A stretch of DNA of 64,000 bases from Squalus acanthias. Taxonomy: Eukaryota. A model generated the notes under the pieces. That model was given only the letters and a program-made list of their open reading frames with translations, had not been told where the DNA came from and did not search any database. Shown here in pieces: positions 1 through 12,626 of the stretch. The first letter of the stretch is position 1. Each line of letters starts with the position of its first letter. The translations under genes were made by a program, and so were the position numbers. The stretch covers positions 153,080,001 to 153,144,000 of the forward strand of contig CM059431.1 of NCBI GenBank assembly GCA_030390025.1. The letters are read 5' to 3'.

Positions 1-34
1 TTCCCCGGATCACTGCGCGGCTTAAAGCAAACTT

Positions 35-1597
35 TGGTTGGTAGCAATGTCGCCTCTGAGTCAGAAGGTCATGGGTTCAAGTTCCACTCCAGAGATTTCA
101 GCACAAAATATAACCTGACACTCCCAGTGTTAGTACTGAGGGAGCGCAGCACTGGCGGAGGGGCAGTACTGAGGGAGCGCTGCACTGGCAGAGGGGCAGT
201 ACTGAGGGAGCGCTGCACAGGCGGAGGGGCAGTTTTGACAGAGCGCTGCACTGTCAGAGGGGCTGTGCTCAGGGAGTGCTGCACTGTCGGAGAGACAGTA
301 CTGAGGGAGCGCTGCACTGGCGGAGGGGCAGTACTGACAGGGCGCTGCACTGTCGGAGGGGCAGTACTGAGGGAGCGCTGCACTGGCGGAGGGGCAGTAT
401 TGATAGAGCGCTGCACTGTCGGAGGGGCAGTGCTCAGGGAGTGCTGCACTGTCGGAGAGACAGTACTGAGGGAGCGCTGCACTGGCGGAGGGGCAGTATT
501 GACAGAGCGCTGCACTGTCAGAGGGGCAGTATTGACAGAGCGCTGCACTGTCAGAGGGGCAGTACTGAGGGAGCGCTGCACTGGCGGAGGGACAGTACTG
601 AGGGAGTGCTGCACTGTCGGAGGGGCAGTGCACAGGGAATGCTGCACTATCGGAGAGACAGTACTGAGGGAGTGCTGTACTGTCGCAGGGGCAGTACTGA
701 GGGAGCACTGCCCTTTTGCAAGGGCAGTACTGACAGCACACTGCACTGTCGGATGGGCAGTGCTGAGGGAGTGCTGCACTGTCGGGAGGGGCAGTACTTA
801 GGGAGTACTACACTGTCGCAGGGGCAGTACTGAGGGAGCACTGCACTGTCGCAGGGGCAGTACTGACAGAGCGCTGCACTGTCGGGTGGGCAGTATTGAG
901 GGAGCACTGCACTGTCGCAGGGGCAGTACTGAGGGAGCACTGCACTGTCGCAGGGGCAGTATGACAGAGCGCTGCACTGTCGGGGGGGGCAGTACTTAGG
1001 GAGCACTGCACTGTCGCCGGGGCAGTACTGAGGGTGCACTGCACTGTCGCAGGGGCAGTACTGACAGAGCGCTGCACTGTCAGAGGGGCAACGCTGAAGG
1101 AGTGCTACACTGTCAGAGGGGCATTACTGAGGGAGCGCTGCATTGTTGGAGGGGCAGTATTGAGGGAGCACTGCATTGTTGGAGGGGCAGTACTGACGGA
1201 GCGCTGCACTGTCAGAGGGGCAGTGCTTAGGAAGTGCTGCACTGACGGAGGGGCAGTACTGACAGAGCGCTGCACTGTCGGAGGGACAGTACTGAGGTCG
1301 CGCTGCACTGTTAGAGGGACAGTACTGGGGAGCGCTGCTCTGTTGGAGGTGCCGGCTTTTTGATGTAAAAAATCCCCGGAGTCCTGGCCAATAGTTTCCT
1401 CGCAACCTATAGCATTAAAACAGTTTATCGGGTCATATATATCATTGCTATCCGTGGGGTTTGCTGTTCGGAAATTAGCTGCCGCATTTCCTACATTACA
1501 ACATTGATTACACTTCAAAAGTATTAATTGGCTATAAAGTGGTTTGAGACATCCTGAGGTCGTGAAAGGCGCTATATAAATGCAAGTTTTTCTATTT
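35..1597 (+). mobile_element. DeuSINE (SacSINE1-like) SINE with an internal 33-bp tandem expansion (~131-1345)
   Basis: tRNA-like head (ggtagcaatgtcgcctctgagtcagaaggtcatgggttcaagttcc), then ~36 copies of gcagtactgagggagcgctgcactgtcggaggg, then a partial Deu domain and the L2-type tail aaaggcgctatataaatgcaag. Confidence 0.85.
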
Positions 1598-2007
1598 TTA
1601 CAGTACGTAGCGGGTAAAAATGAACAATTCACTCCCATTGGATACCATGCTCTATCTCTGTACCTGTCTCTTTCTCTGCCTCTGTGTCTCTGTTTCTCTC
1701 AGCTGCTGTCCCTCTCTCCCTTTGTCCCTATCTCTCTCTCCCTCTCTCTCACTGATCCTGTCTTTCACTCTCGCTCTGTCCCTGTCTCTTACTCTCTCCT
1801 TTTTCTCTCTCTCAGTCTCTCTCTCTCTCTATCTCTTTCTCCCTCTTTCTGTCCCAGTCTCTCTCTTGCAACAGAGAAAGTATCCGGTAAATTGCTCCCT
1901 TTTCCCGGACACGCTCTCTGTTGTGATATTTTGCTATATCTGTCTCTGTCACACTGTTCCTGTTTCTTTGCATCTTTCAGTTCCAGTATATGTCTCTCCC
2001 TATATCA

Positions 2008-3327
2008 CAGCGGGTAAAAGGGAACGATTCACTCAGCCTGCTACTGTATGGCCCGTGTGTGTGTCTCTGTGTCAGCTCCTGTACATGTACAGTATACAAT
2101 GGGTAAAAGGGAACGATTCATTCGTGTCTGATACTTTATGGCCTGTGTGTGTCTCAGTGTCAGCTCCTGCACATGTACAGTACACAACGGGTAAAAGGTA
2201 ATGATTCTCTCCCATCTGCTACTATATGGCCTGTGTGTATCTCAGTGTCAGCTCCTGTACATGTACAGTACACAGTGTGTAAAAGGGAATGATTCACTCC
2301 CATCTGCTACTAAATGGCCTGTGTGTGTCTCAGTGTCAGCTCCTGTACATGTACAGTACACAGTGTGTAAAAGGGAATGATTCTCTCCTGTCTGGGACTG
2401 TATGGCCTGTGTGTGTCCCAGTGTCAGCTCCTGTACATGTACAGTGCACAGTGTGTAAAAGGGAATGATTCACTCCCATCTGCTACTATATGGCCTGTGT
2501 GTGTCCCAGTGTCAGCTCCTGTACATGTACAGTGCACAGTGTGTAAAAGGGAATGATTCACTCCCATCTGCTACTATATGGCCTGTGTGTGTCCCAGTGT
2601 CAGCTCCTGTACATGTACAGTACACAGCGTGTAAAAGGGAATGATTCACTCCCATCTGCTACTATATGGCCTGTGTGTGTCCCAGTGTCAGCTCCTGTAC
2701 ATGTACAGTGCACAGTGTGTAAAAGGGAATGATTCACTCCCATCTGCTACTATATGGCCTGTGTGTGTCCCAGTGTCAGCTCCTGTACATGTACAGTACA
2801 CAGCGTGTAAAAGGGAATGATTCACTCCCATCTGCTACTATATGGCCTGTGTGTGTCTCAGTGTCAGCTCCTGTACATGTACAGTACACAGCGTGTAAAA
2901 GGGAATGATTCACTCCCATCTGCTACTATATGGCCTGTGTGTGTCCCAGTGTCAGCTCCTGTACATGTACAGTACACAGCGTGTAAAAGGGAATGATTCA
3001 CTCCCATCTGCTACTATATGGCCTGTGTGTGTCTCAGTGTCAGCTCCTGTACATGTACAGTGCACAGTGTGTAAAAGGGAATGATTCTCTTCTGTCTGGG
3101 ACTGTACGATGTGTAAAAGGGAATGATTCACTCCCATCTGCTACTATATGGGCCGTGTGTGTGTCTCAGTGTCAGCTCCTGTACATGTACAGTGCACAGT
3201 GTGTAAAAGGGAATGTTTCACTCCCATCTGCTACTATATAGCCTGTGTGTGTCTCAGTGTCAGCTCCTGTACATGTACAGTGCACAGTGTGTAAAAGGGA
3301 ATGATTCTCTCCTGTCTGGGACTGTAC
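2008..3327. repeat. 88-bp minisatellite, ~14-15 copies
   Basis: Unit aaaagggaatgattcactcccatctgctactatatggcctgtgtgtgtcccagtgtcagctcctgtacatgtacagtgcacagtgtgt; period 88 (2281, 2369); contains the palindrome ctgtacatgtacag. Confidence 0.95.
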
Positions 3328-3604
3328 AGCCCCACTTTGTGCAGCCGGTGACCCATGTCTCAGATTCATGGCCCCAGGGGTCTGCCCGGGGCCTCGGAAA
3401 GGGCCCCGAGTGTCCCGGAGCCAGGGGGTGGGGGTCAGCGGGAGCAGGACAGAGAGACAGGGAATGAGATTATAGGGGAGGGCAACCCTGGATAGCTGGA
3501 GGGGTATCTTGCATCTCTATAGCACCTTTCACAACCACAGGACAACCCAACCCCTCACCACCAACGAAGATCATTTCCATGATCCTCACTGCTGTGATGA
3601 AACT

Positions 3605-4760
3605 CAGCACACAACTTGCGCACAGTGAGATCCCACAAACAAAATGTGATAATGAGCAGTACGTCTGCATTAGAGACGTTAGTTGAAGGATAAATATTAG
3701 GCAGAACACAGGGGAGAACTCCCCTGCTCTTCTTTCAATAGTTCCGTGGGATCTTTTATGTCCACCTGAGAGGGCAGATGGGGCCTCGGTTTAACATCTC
3801 AGCTGAAAGACAGCCCTTCCGATAGTGCAGAACTCCCTCAGTACTGCCCCTCCGACAGTGCATGCTCCCTCAGTACTGCCCCTTCAACGGTGCATGCTCC
3901 CTCAGTACTGCCCCTTCAACAGTGCATGCTCCCTCAGTACTGCCCCTCCGACGGTGCAGCGCTCCCTCAGTACTGCCCCTCCGACAGTGCAGTGCTCCCT
4001 CAGTACTGCCCCTCCGACAGTGCATGCTCCCTCAGTACTGCCCCTTCAACACTGCAGCTCCCTCAGTACTGCCCTCCGACAGTGTAGCGCTCTCTCAGTA
4101 CTGCCCCTCTGACAGTGCAGTGCTCCCTCAGTACTGTCCCTCCGACAGTGCAGCGCTCCCTCAGTACTGCCTCTCCGACAGTGCAGCGCTCCCTGAGTAC
4201 CGCCCATCCAACAGTGCAGCACTGCTTCTTTACTGACCCTCTGACAGTGCAGCACTCCCTCAGTCCTGCTCTTCTGACAGTGCAACGCTCCAAAGTACTT
4301 CTCCTCCGAAAGTGAAGTGCACCCCCAGTACTGCCCCTCCAACAGTGCAGTGCTCCCTCAGTACTGCCCCTCCGATAGTGCAGCACTCCCTCAGTCCTGC
4401 TCTTCTGACAGTGCAGCGGTCCCTCAGTACTTCTCTTCCGACAGTGCAGTGCTCCCTCAGTACTGCCCCTCCATAAGTGCAGCGCTCCCTAATAGCTGCC
4501 CTTCCAACAGTGCAGCGCTCCCTCAGTACTGCCCATCCGACAGTGCATCGCTCCCCCAGTACTGCCCCTCCGACAGTGCGGCGCTCCCTCAGTACTGCCC
4601 CTTCAACAGTGCAGTGCTCCCTCAGTACTGCCCCTCCGACAGTGCAGCGCTCCCTCAGTACTGCCCCTCCGACAGTGCAGCGCTCCCTCAGTACTGCCCC
4701 TCCGACAATGCAGCACTCCCTCAGTACTGACCCTCCAACAGTGCAGCGCTCCCTCAGCAA
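3605..4760 (-). mobile_element. SacSINE1-like SINE with a 33-bp array (~3822-4760)
   Basis: Reverse-complement Deu domain (ggggagaactcccctgctcttct...gggcctcggtttaac) running into the ccctccgacagtgcagcgctccctcagtactgc array. Confidence 0.85.
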
Positions 4761-5194
4761 TGCCCCTTGTAGACAGGGTTAGGCCAGGTGGGGAAGACCC
4801 GGCTCATTCTAATAACTTTATTAAACTTTTCTCAACATTCATGACACTTACAGATAATAAAACTAAGAATCTGTAATGTAAGCAGATTCGAAGAGATCAC
4901 ATTCAAGTCAAGATTAGCACCTGCGTACAGTCATTAATGGACTAATACTTTCCCAGGATTGACATGGTTTGTTTTCGGCACCGACTCAAGCAGTCAGGAG
5001 ATGATCAGATGATGGTAGTAATTTTCGGATCACTTTTTTCAAATTTGCTTACAGGAAATCTGAAACTGAAACCTCCCCCCCAAGGCGCTTTAAAGACAAG
5101 AAGTATTTAACCCCTTGCTTCGACTTGCTAAGTTGCAATGCGGTACTAGATTTTTCAGTGACAAGACTCCATTTGACCAACACTCACATCGAAC

Positions 5195-5770
5195 TTTGGT
5201 TAGACCGTACTTGGAGTGCTGTGAACAGTCCTGGTCTCAATAGTATAAAAAAGATATCGAGGCATTGGAGAAGGTGCAGCAAAACATTTAGTGGAATGAT
5301 GCCACAACTGAGAGGTTACACCTATCAGGAAGGATTCAACAAGCTGGGGCTCTTTTCTCTGGAATAGAGAAGACTGAGGGGCGACCTGATGGAGGTCTTC
5401 AAGATTATGAAAGGGTTTCATAGAGTAGACAGAGAGAAGATGTTTCCACTTGTGGGGGAGACCAGAACTAGGGGCCATCAATATAAGATAGTCACTAATA
5501 AATCCAATCGGGAATTCAGGAGAAACTTCTTTACCCAGAGAGTGGTGAGAATGCGGAACTCACTACCACAGGAGTGGTTCAGGCGAATAGCACAGAAACG
5601 TTTAAGGGGAAGATAGATAAGTACTTGACGCAGAAAGGAATAGGAGCTTATGCTGATAGGGTGAGAAGAAGAATGGTGGCAGGAGGCTCGCTTGGAGCAT
5701 AAACACCGGCATGGACCTGTTTAGCTGAATGGCCTATTTCTGTGCTGTTAATTCTATGTAATTCTATGAC
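5195..5770 (+). mobile_element. CR1 LINE 3' fragment
   Basis: KLGLFSLE / RRNFFTQRVVRM motifs of the CR1 ORF2 C-terminus plus an attctatg tail. Confidence 0.9.
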
Positions 5771-6092
5771 ATCCGTCTTTCAGATGAGACATTAAAACGA
5801 GGCCCGTCTGCTCCCTCAGGTGGACGTAAAAGATCCCATGGCATTATTTCGAAGAAGAGCAGGGGAGTTAGCCACGGTGTCCTGGCAAGTATTTATCCCT
5901 CAATCAGCATCACTAAAAGAGATGATCTGGTCATTATCACATTGCTGTTTGTGGGAGCTTGCTGTGCGCAAATTGGTTGCCGCGTTTCCCACATTACAAC
6001 AGTGACTACACTTCAAAAAGTACTTCATTGGCTGCAAAGCGCTTTGAGACGTCCAGTGGTCGTGAAAGGCGCTATATAAATGCAAGTCTTTG
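5771..6092 (+). mobile_element. SacSINE1-like SINE, 3' part
   Basis: Deu domain gacgtaaaagatcccatggc...gaagaagagcagggg and the ggcgctatataaatgcaag tail. Confidence 0.85.
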
Positions 6093-6514
6093 TTTAATAT
6101 GTACTATGGATATGGACAAATGCATGTTCTGCAGATTAACCTATTCTGGGCCCTCCAGAAGAGCCACAATGGATTTTCTGCTCTTTATTACAGGCAATAA
6201 TGGTTTTCGGGAATGTGTCAATGGCGTTGGGGCAGGATTACACAGAGTACCTTGTCCCACATTGTCTGTGGCCTTTTTTTTATTCATTCCTGAGATCTGG
6301 GCATCGCTGGCAAGGCCAGAATTTATTGCCCAGCCCTTATTGCCCTTGAGAAGGTGGTGGTGAGCCGCCTTCTTGAACCATTGCATTCCGCGAGGTGCTC
6401 AGTGACTCCATTAAAGCTGGGAGCTGGGAGTCTGGAGAGTAAAGGAGGTTCAGTGCCCCCATTTTCCAGATGGACCTGTAAATGGATTTGTAGTGGCGCG
6501 GACACATGAAGCTT

Positions 6515-7285
6515 TGTAGACAGGCAATGACTATCTCCAACAAGCGAGAGTCTAACCACCTCCCCTTGACATTCAACGGCATTACCATCGCTGAATCCCC
6601 CACCAACAACATCCTGGGGGTCACCATTGACCAGAAACTTAACTGGACCAGCCACATAAATACAGTGGCAACAAGAGCAGGTCAGAGGCTAGATATTCTG
6701 CAGGCGTGTGTCTCACCTCCTGACTCCCCAAAACCTTTCCACCATCTACAAGGCACAAGTAAGGAGTGTGATGGAATACTCTCCACTTGCCTGGATGAGT
6801 GCAGCTCCATCAACACTCAAGAAGCTCGCCACCATCCAGGACAAAGCAGCCCACTTGATTGGCACCCCATCCACCACCTTAAACATTCACTCCCTCCACC
6901 ACCGGCGTACCATGGCTGCAGTGTGTACCATCTACAAGATGCACTGCAGCAACTCGCCAAGGCTTCTTCAGCAGCACCTCTCAAACCCGTGACCTCTTCC
7001 ACCTAGAAGGACAAGGGCAGCAGGCGCATGGGAACACCACCACCTCCAAGTTCCCCTCCAAGTCACACACCAGCCTGACTTAGAAGTATATCGCCGATCC
7101 TTCATCATTGCTGGGTCAAAATCCTGGCACTCGCTACCTAACAGCACTGTGGGAGTACCTTCACCGCACGGACTGCAGCAGGTTCAAGAAGGCAGTTCAC
7201 CACCACCTTTTCAAGGGCAACTAGGGATGGGCAATAAATGCTGGCCTTGCCAGCAATGCCCAGATTTCATAAGCGAATAAAAAAG
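6515..7285 (+). mobile_element. Second CR1/L2-group LINE family ('family B'), 3' RT fragment
   Basis: ILGVTIDQKLNWTSHINTVA...IYKAQVRSVMEYSPLAW (RT C-terminus); 3' end gggcaataaatgctggccttgccagc followed by an A-tail. Confidence 0.85.
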
Positions 7286-7449
7286 ACATTGCAATTCGAG
7301 ATTATTCTGACTCTGCTCAAATTCTTCCTGTATCTTTTCCCTTCCGATGGATGTCATCAAATGTGTGTAGATTTTTTTTATCATGTAGTGCTAAGAGAAA
7401 TGGCACACAATTTTACAAAGCGCAGTTCGGGAAGAGAATTAGATCAGTT

Positions 7450-8020
7450 TCTTTTCAATTCGTTTTATGCGATGTGGGCTTCGCTGGCAAGGCCAGCATT
7501 TATTGCCTATCTCAAATTGCCCTTGAGAAGGTGGGGGTGAGCCGCCTTCTTGAACCGCTGCAGTCCATGTGATGAAGGAACTCCCACAGTGCTGTTAGGG
7601 AGGGAGTTCCAGGATTTAGACCAGGCAACAATGAAGGATCGGCAATATACTTCTAAGTCAGGATGGTGTGTAACGTGGAGTGGAACTTGGAGGTGGTGGT
7701 GTTCCCATGCGCCTGCTGCCCTTGTCCTTCTTGGTGGAAGAGGTCACGGCTTTGGAAGGTACTGCCGAAGAAGCCTTGGTGAGTTGCTGCAGCGTATCTT
7801 GTAGATGGTACACACTGCAGCCACGTTACGCCGGTGGTGGAGAAAGTGAATGTTTAAGGTGGTGGATGGGGTGCCAATCAAACGGGCTGCTTTGTCCTGG
7901 AATGGTGTCGAGCTTCTTGAGTCTTGTTGGAGCTGCACTCATCCAGGCAAGTGGATTTTATTCCATCACACTCTTTACTTGTGCCTTGTAGATGGTGGAA
8001 AGGCTTTGGGGAGTCAGGAT
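7450..8020 (-). mobile_element. LINE family B 3' fragment, inverted relative to 6515-7285
   Basis: Reverse complement of the same sequence (DKAARLIGTPSTTLNIH). Confidence 0.85.
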
Positions 8021-8294
8021 TCATTGAGAGAGAGAGAGAGAGTTTGGGAACATGATTGAACAATGTGCGAGAAATTAAAGGGATTGCTTAAAGGAATAAT
8101 TGGGCAGACAGGGGATGTTATATCAGGACAAGGAGAGTCCCTGATTTCAATAGAAGAACTGACAGCAAGGTTAGCAAGGGTAATGGGGTCAATTTGAAAA
8201 TGCTGTCATCATTCAGAACAACAGTCACTTTCAAGTACAACTGATCTGGAAGGCAATCGCTGGCAGTAAGTGTGGAGTCTGCTTCTCAAGCACA

Positions 8295-8875
8295 GAAGTT
8301 TAAAGGGAGATTTAATTGAGGCATTCAAAGTTATCAGGGGTTTTGATAGAGTAGATCGGGAGGGACTGTTTCCAGTGGCAAGCGGGTCGGTAACCAAAGG
8401 ACACAGATTTAAAATAATTGCCAAAAGAGCCAGAGGAGGGAGATGAGGAAAGAACATTTACCCAGCGAGTCGTTGTGATCTGGAGCGCGCTGCCTGAAAA
8501 GGTGGTGGAAGCGGATTCAATAGTAACTTTCAAAAGGGAATTGGATGAAGCCTTGAAGGGAAACAATTTTCAGGTCTATGGGGAAAGAGCAGGGCTTGGG
8601 GGAATTAATTGGAGAGCTCTTTTAAAGAGCTGGCACAGGCACGATGGGCCGAATGACCTCCGTCTGTCCTGTATCATTCTATGATTCTCTGTGCTGAATC
8701 AGGTTCAAAAGGAGTCAATTATTAAATCTGTTTCCTCCACCCTTTCAGGCAGTGCTTTCCTGATCATAATAACTCGCTGCATAAAAAAATTCTTCTCATC
8801 TCCGCTCGGGCACTTTTTTGCCAATTATGTTAAATCAGTGTCCTCTGGTTACTGGCCTTCCTGTCACTGGACATA
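8295..8875. mobile_element. Two CR1 3' fragments (+ 8295-8690, - 8700-8875)
   Basis: FTQRVVVIWSALPEKVVEADSIVTFKRELD and a reverse-strand counterpart. Confidence 0.8.
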
Positions 8876-9294
8876 GACACCTATGCAACTATTTGTGCAG
8901 TGTTACACCGACATCAATACAACAAAGATCAGGTAAATTGGCATTGATCCGAATCCTAACTCCGGGGGTGGGGGTGTCCGATCCCCGACCCCTGGGGAGA
9001 TTCCGATCCTGGGGGTGTGTGGCTTGTACGGGGGCGGGTGGATGTCTGATGGAGGGGTGCTTAGAGGGCATGGAGGAAGTACTCCTGCTCCTTTTGGCCC
9101 ACAAGGAGCGCCGTAAAGGCACTTGCCTTCTCCCCGAACTGCCCTCGGCTCGCTGCAGTGGCCGTGTTTCCCGATGCCCGGGTAACCCGGCTGGCCACAG
9201 CACAAACCGGCAAAGCAGGTCAAAACCGAGGCTTCCAGCCTCATTAGCATATTTATAATGCCAACCCGCCTGCTGGGAGCGGGTTTTAAATGTA

Positions 9295-9958
9295 AGAACA
9301 TAAGAACATAAGAAATCAGAGCAGGAGTCGGCCATACGGCCCCTTGATCCTGCTCCGCCATTCAATAAGATCATAGCTCATCGACCTCAACTCCACTTTC
9401 CCGCCCGAACTCCATATCCCTTGATTCCCCTAGAGTCCAAAAATCTATCGATCTCAGCCTTGAATATACTGAAAGACTCAGCATTCACAGCCCTTTGGGG
9501 CAGATAATTCCAAAGATTCACAAACCTAGTGAAGAAATTCCTCCCCATCTCAGTCTTAAATGGCCTTCCCCTTATCCTGAGACTATGCCCCCTATTTCTA
9601 GACTCTCCAGCCAGGGGAAACAACCTTTCAGCATCCACCCTGTCGATCCCCTTCAGAATCTTGTATGCTTCAATGAGATCACCTCTCATTCTTCTAAACT
9701 CCAGAGAGATTTGGCCCATTCTGCACAATCTCTTATCATAGAACAGCCCTCTCATCCCAGGAATCAATCTAGTGAACCTTCGTTGCACCGCCTCCAAGGC
9801 AAATATATCCTTCCTTAGATAAGGAGACCAAAACTGTGCACAGTATTCCAGGTATGGTCTCACCAAGGCCCTGTACAATTGTAGCAAGACTTCCTTACTC
9901 TTATACTCCAACTCCTTGCAATAAAGGCCAATATGCCATTTGCCTTCCTTATGGCTTT
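9295..9958 (-). mobile_element. CR1 LINE 3' fragment
   Basis: ORF 9387-9911 YKSKEVLLQLYRALVRPYLEYCAQFWSPYLRKD; (ttcttatg)n tail. Confidence 0.92.
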
Positions 9959-10139
9959 TGCCAACCCCTTGTCCCTCCTAAGTAATACCTGGAAGTCGGC
10001 GGGTTGGGGCCCATTTAACCCCCCCCACCCGCACCCAAACCCACCCACTCACCCATGTTAAAATTCCCCCCACAATGTCTGAGGCCTAGATGGACCTGCT
10101 GTTTTAGAATACTGGAGACACAATGGCCCTGAATGTTAC

Positions 10140-10842
10140 GGGGAGGCGGGCAGGGAGCGGGTGGGGTGGGGGGGGGGTGTTAGGGGGCGGGTGGAGGTGG
10201 GGTGGGGGGGTTAGGGGGCGGGTGGGGGTGGGGTGGGGGTGTTAGGGGGCGGGTGGGGGTGGGGTGGGGGTGTTAGGGGGCGGGGGGGGGCGGGGTGGGG
10301 GTGTTAGGGGGCGGGTGGGAGCGGGTGGGGGTGGGGGCGTGGGGGGGGTGTTAGGGGGCGGGTGGGAGCGGGTGGGGGTGGGGGCGGGGTGGGGGTGTTA
10401 GGGGGCGGGTGGGGTGGGGGTGTTAGGGGGCGGGTGGGGGTGGGGGGGGGTGTTAGGGGGCGGGTGGGGGCGGGGGGGGTGTTAGGGGGCGGGTGGGAGC
10501 GGGTGGGGGTGGGGGCGGGGGGGGGGTGTTAGGGGGCGGGTGGGGGCGGGGAGGCGGGCAGGGAGCGGGTGGGGGTGGGGGCGGGGGGGGGTGTTAGGGG
10601 GCGGGTGGGGGCGGGGAGGCGGGCAGGGAGCGGGTGGGGGTGGGGTGGGGGTGTTAGGGGGCGGGTGGGGGGGTGTTAGGGGGCGGGTGGGGTGGGGGGG
10701 GGGGGGGGGGGGGGTGTTAGGGGGCGGGTGGGGGGGTGTTAGGGGGCGGGTGGGGTGGGGGGGGGGGTAGGGGGGGGGTGTAGGGGGCGGGGGTGGGGGT
10801 GTTAGGGGGCGGGTGGGGGGGGGGGGGTTAGGGGGCGGGGTA
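10140..10842. repeat. G-rich minisatellite with a gtgttagggggcggg core (G-quadruplex prone)
   Basis: Many variable-length copies of gggggtgttagggggcgggtgggg; extreme G strand skew. Confidence 0.9.
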
Positions 10843-11039
10843 GGAGTTCCAGGAGGAAAACTCGGAAGCATGGGTTTCCCGGAGGTCCTGCTGACATTAA
10901 TAGCAGGCCGCCTTTCAGAGTTTTCTCCAGGTCGTTCGCCCAACAGCCAGTCTGATTGACAGCAGGGAAAGTCTGTCGGGTGGGAAAACCTATGCACAAG
11001 GCCACAGCCAGGAAGGAAAGAGGAGGGAGGGAGAGGTCC

Positions 11040-12300
11040 CGGGGGGATCATTGTCGGGGGGAGAGGTGGTCTTCGGAGGGGACAGTGTGGCGGTGTGGAG
11101 GTGGGGGGAGATCCGGGATGGTCGGACGATCGCAGGGTTTAGGGGGAGATCGCAGGGAGGGGGAGATTGTTGTCAGGGGAGAGATGCTGGTCGGGGGTGG
11201 AGATTGCGAGGGTGGGGGGAGATGTTGTCAGGGGAGAGATGCTGGTCGGGGGTGGAGATCGCAGGGAGATGGAGATTGTTGTCAGGGGAGAGATGCTGGT
11301 CGGGGGTGGAGATCGCAGGGAGGGGGAGATTGTTGTCAGGGGAGAGATGCTGGTCGGGGGTGGAGATTGCGAGGGTGGGGGGAGATCGAGTGGTTCGGAG
11401 ACTGTGGGGGTTCTGGGGGTCGGAAATTACGGGGGTCAGGGGAGATGGATGGGGTCGGAGATCACGGGGGTCAGAGATCATGGGGGTTGGGGGAGATGGA
11501 TGGGGTCAGAGATCGCGGGGGTCCGAGATCATGGTGGTTGGGGGTATCGAGGGAGTCGGAGATCACGGGGGTCAGAGATCATGGGGGTTGGGGGAGATGG
11601 AGGGGGTCAGAGATTGCGGGGTTCAGAGATCATTGGGGTTGGGGGAGATGGAGGTGGTCAGAGATCGAGGGGGTCAGAGATCGCGGGGGTCAGAGATCAT
11701 GGGGGATGGAGATCGCGGGGGCTCAGGGGAGATCGCGGGGGACAGATATCACGGGGGTTGGGGGAGATCGAGGGGGTCGGAGGTCGATGGGGTTGGAGGT
11801 CACGGGGATCAGATATCACGGGGGTTGGGGGAGATCGAGGGGGTCGGAGGTCGATGGGGTCAGAGATCACGGGGTTTGGGGGAGATCGAGGGGTTCGGAG
11901 GTCGCGGGGGTTGGAGGTCACGGGGATAAGGGGCGATCGAGGGGGCCGGTGGTCGCGGGGGTCAGAGATCACGGGGGTTGGGGGGATCGAGGGGGTCGGA
12001 GGTCGTGGGGGTCAGAGATCACGGGTGTTGGGGGATCGAGGGGGTCGGAGGTCACGGGGGTCAGAGATCATAGGGGTTGGGGGGATGGAGGGAGTCGGAG
12101 ATCGCGGGGGTCAGAGATCGCGGTGGTCAGAGATCACGGGGGTTGGGGGATCGAGGGGGTTGGAGGTCGTGGGGGTCAGAGATCATGGGGATCAGGGGAT
12201 ATCGAGGGTGTCGGAGGTCGTGGGGGTCAGAGATCACGGGGTGAGGTCGGAGGAGATTGTGGGGGCTGGGAGATGGTGAATGTGTCTAGGGGTGTGTGTG
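11040..12300. repeat. Degenerate G-rich tandem repeats (gggggtcagagatcgcgg / ggagattgttgtcaggggagagatgctggtcggg)
   Basis: Visible short-period repeats; they account for the stop-free Gly/Arg ORFs at 10956-12359. Confidence 0.85.
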
Positions 12301-12626
12301 TGGGTTGGCCGATCGCGGGGAGGGAAACAGGTCCTCCTGGCCCACAAGCAGTGCTCTAAAGGCACTGACCTCACCGATCCAGCCATTCTCGCCTCTTTTT
12401 ACCTGCTGGGATTCCCAAGGCCCAGGAAAGGCGGCCAAAATGGATGAAAAATGAAAAGCCTGTACAATAGGAGGCGCGCAGCCTCCTTAAAAGACTTGAC
12501 CAACCGACCTGCCTCCTGGGAGCGGTTTGGTTTTTAAAACTGGAAGTGGGGGGGTTGGGGTCACGTTTGAGATTTTTGAAAATGTTTCACTTCTCACCTG
12601 AGCCAAACCCGCCCATTCTTGGGGGT

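Noticed and set aside
34..1363. Long ORFs with 11-aa repeats (VLRERCTVGGA, PQYCPSDSAAL), also at 3.8-4.8, 13, 15, 49-51 and 59-60 kb
   Set aside because: They are by-products of a 33-bp unit (a multiple of 3) that is open in several frames on both strands and sits inside SINEs.
2008..3327. CRISPR-like appearance (regularly spaced palindromic repeats), likewise 58205-59010
   Set aside because: There are no unique spacers, since whole units repeat. There are no cas genes and the context is vertebrate.
10140..10842. Interstitial telomere
   Set aside because: TTAGGG occurs once per longer unit and never as tandem (TTAGGG)n.
10482..12359. Pro-rich and Gly/Arg-rich ORFs up to 467 aa
   Set aside because: Low-complexity G-rich repeats lack stop codons by composition, and all three frames are open.
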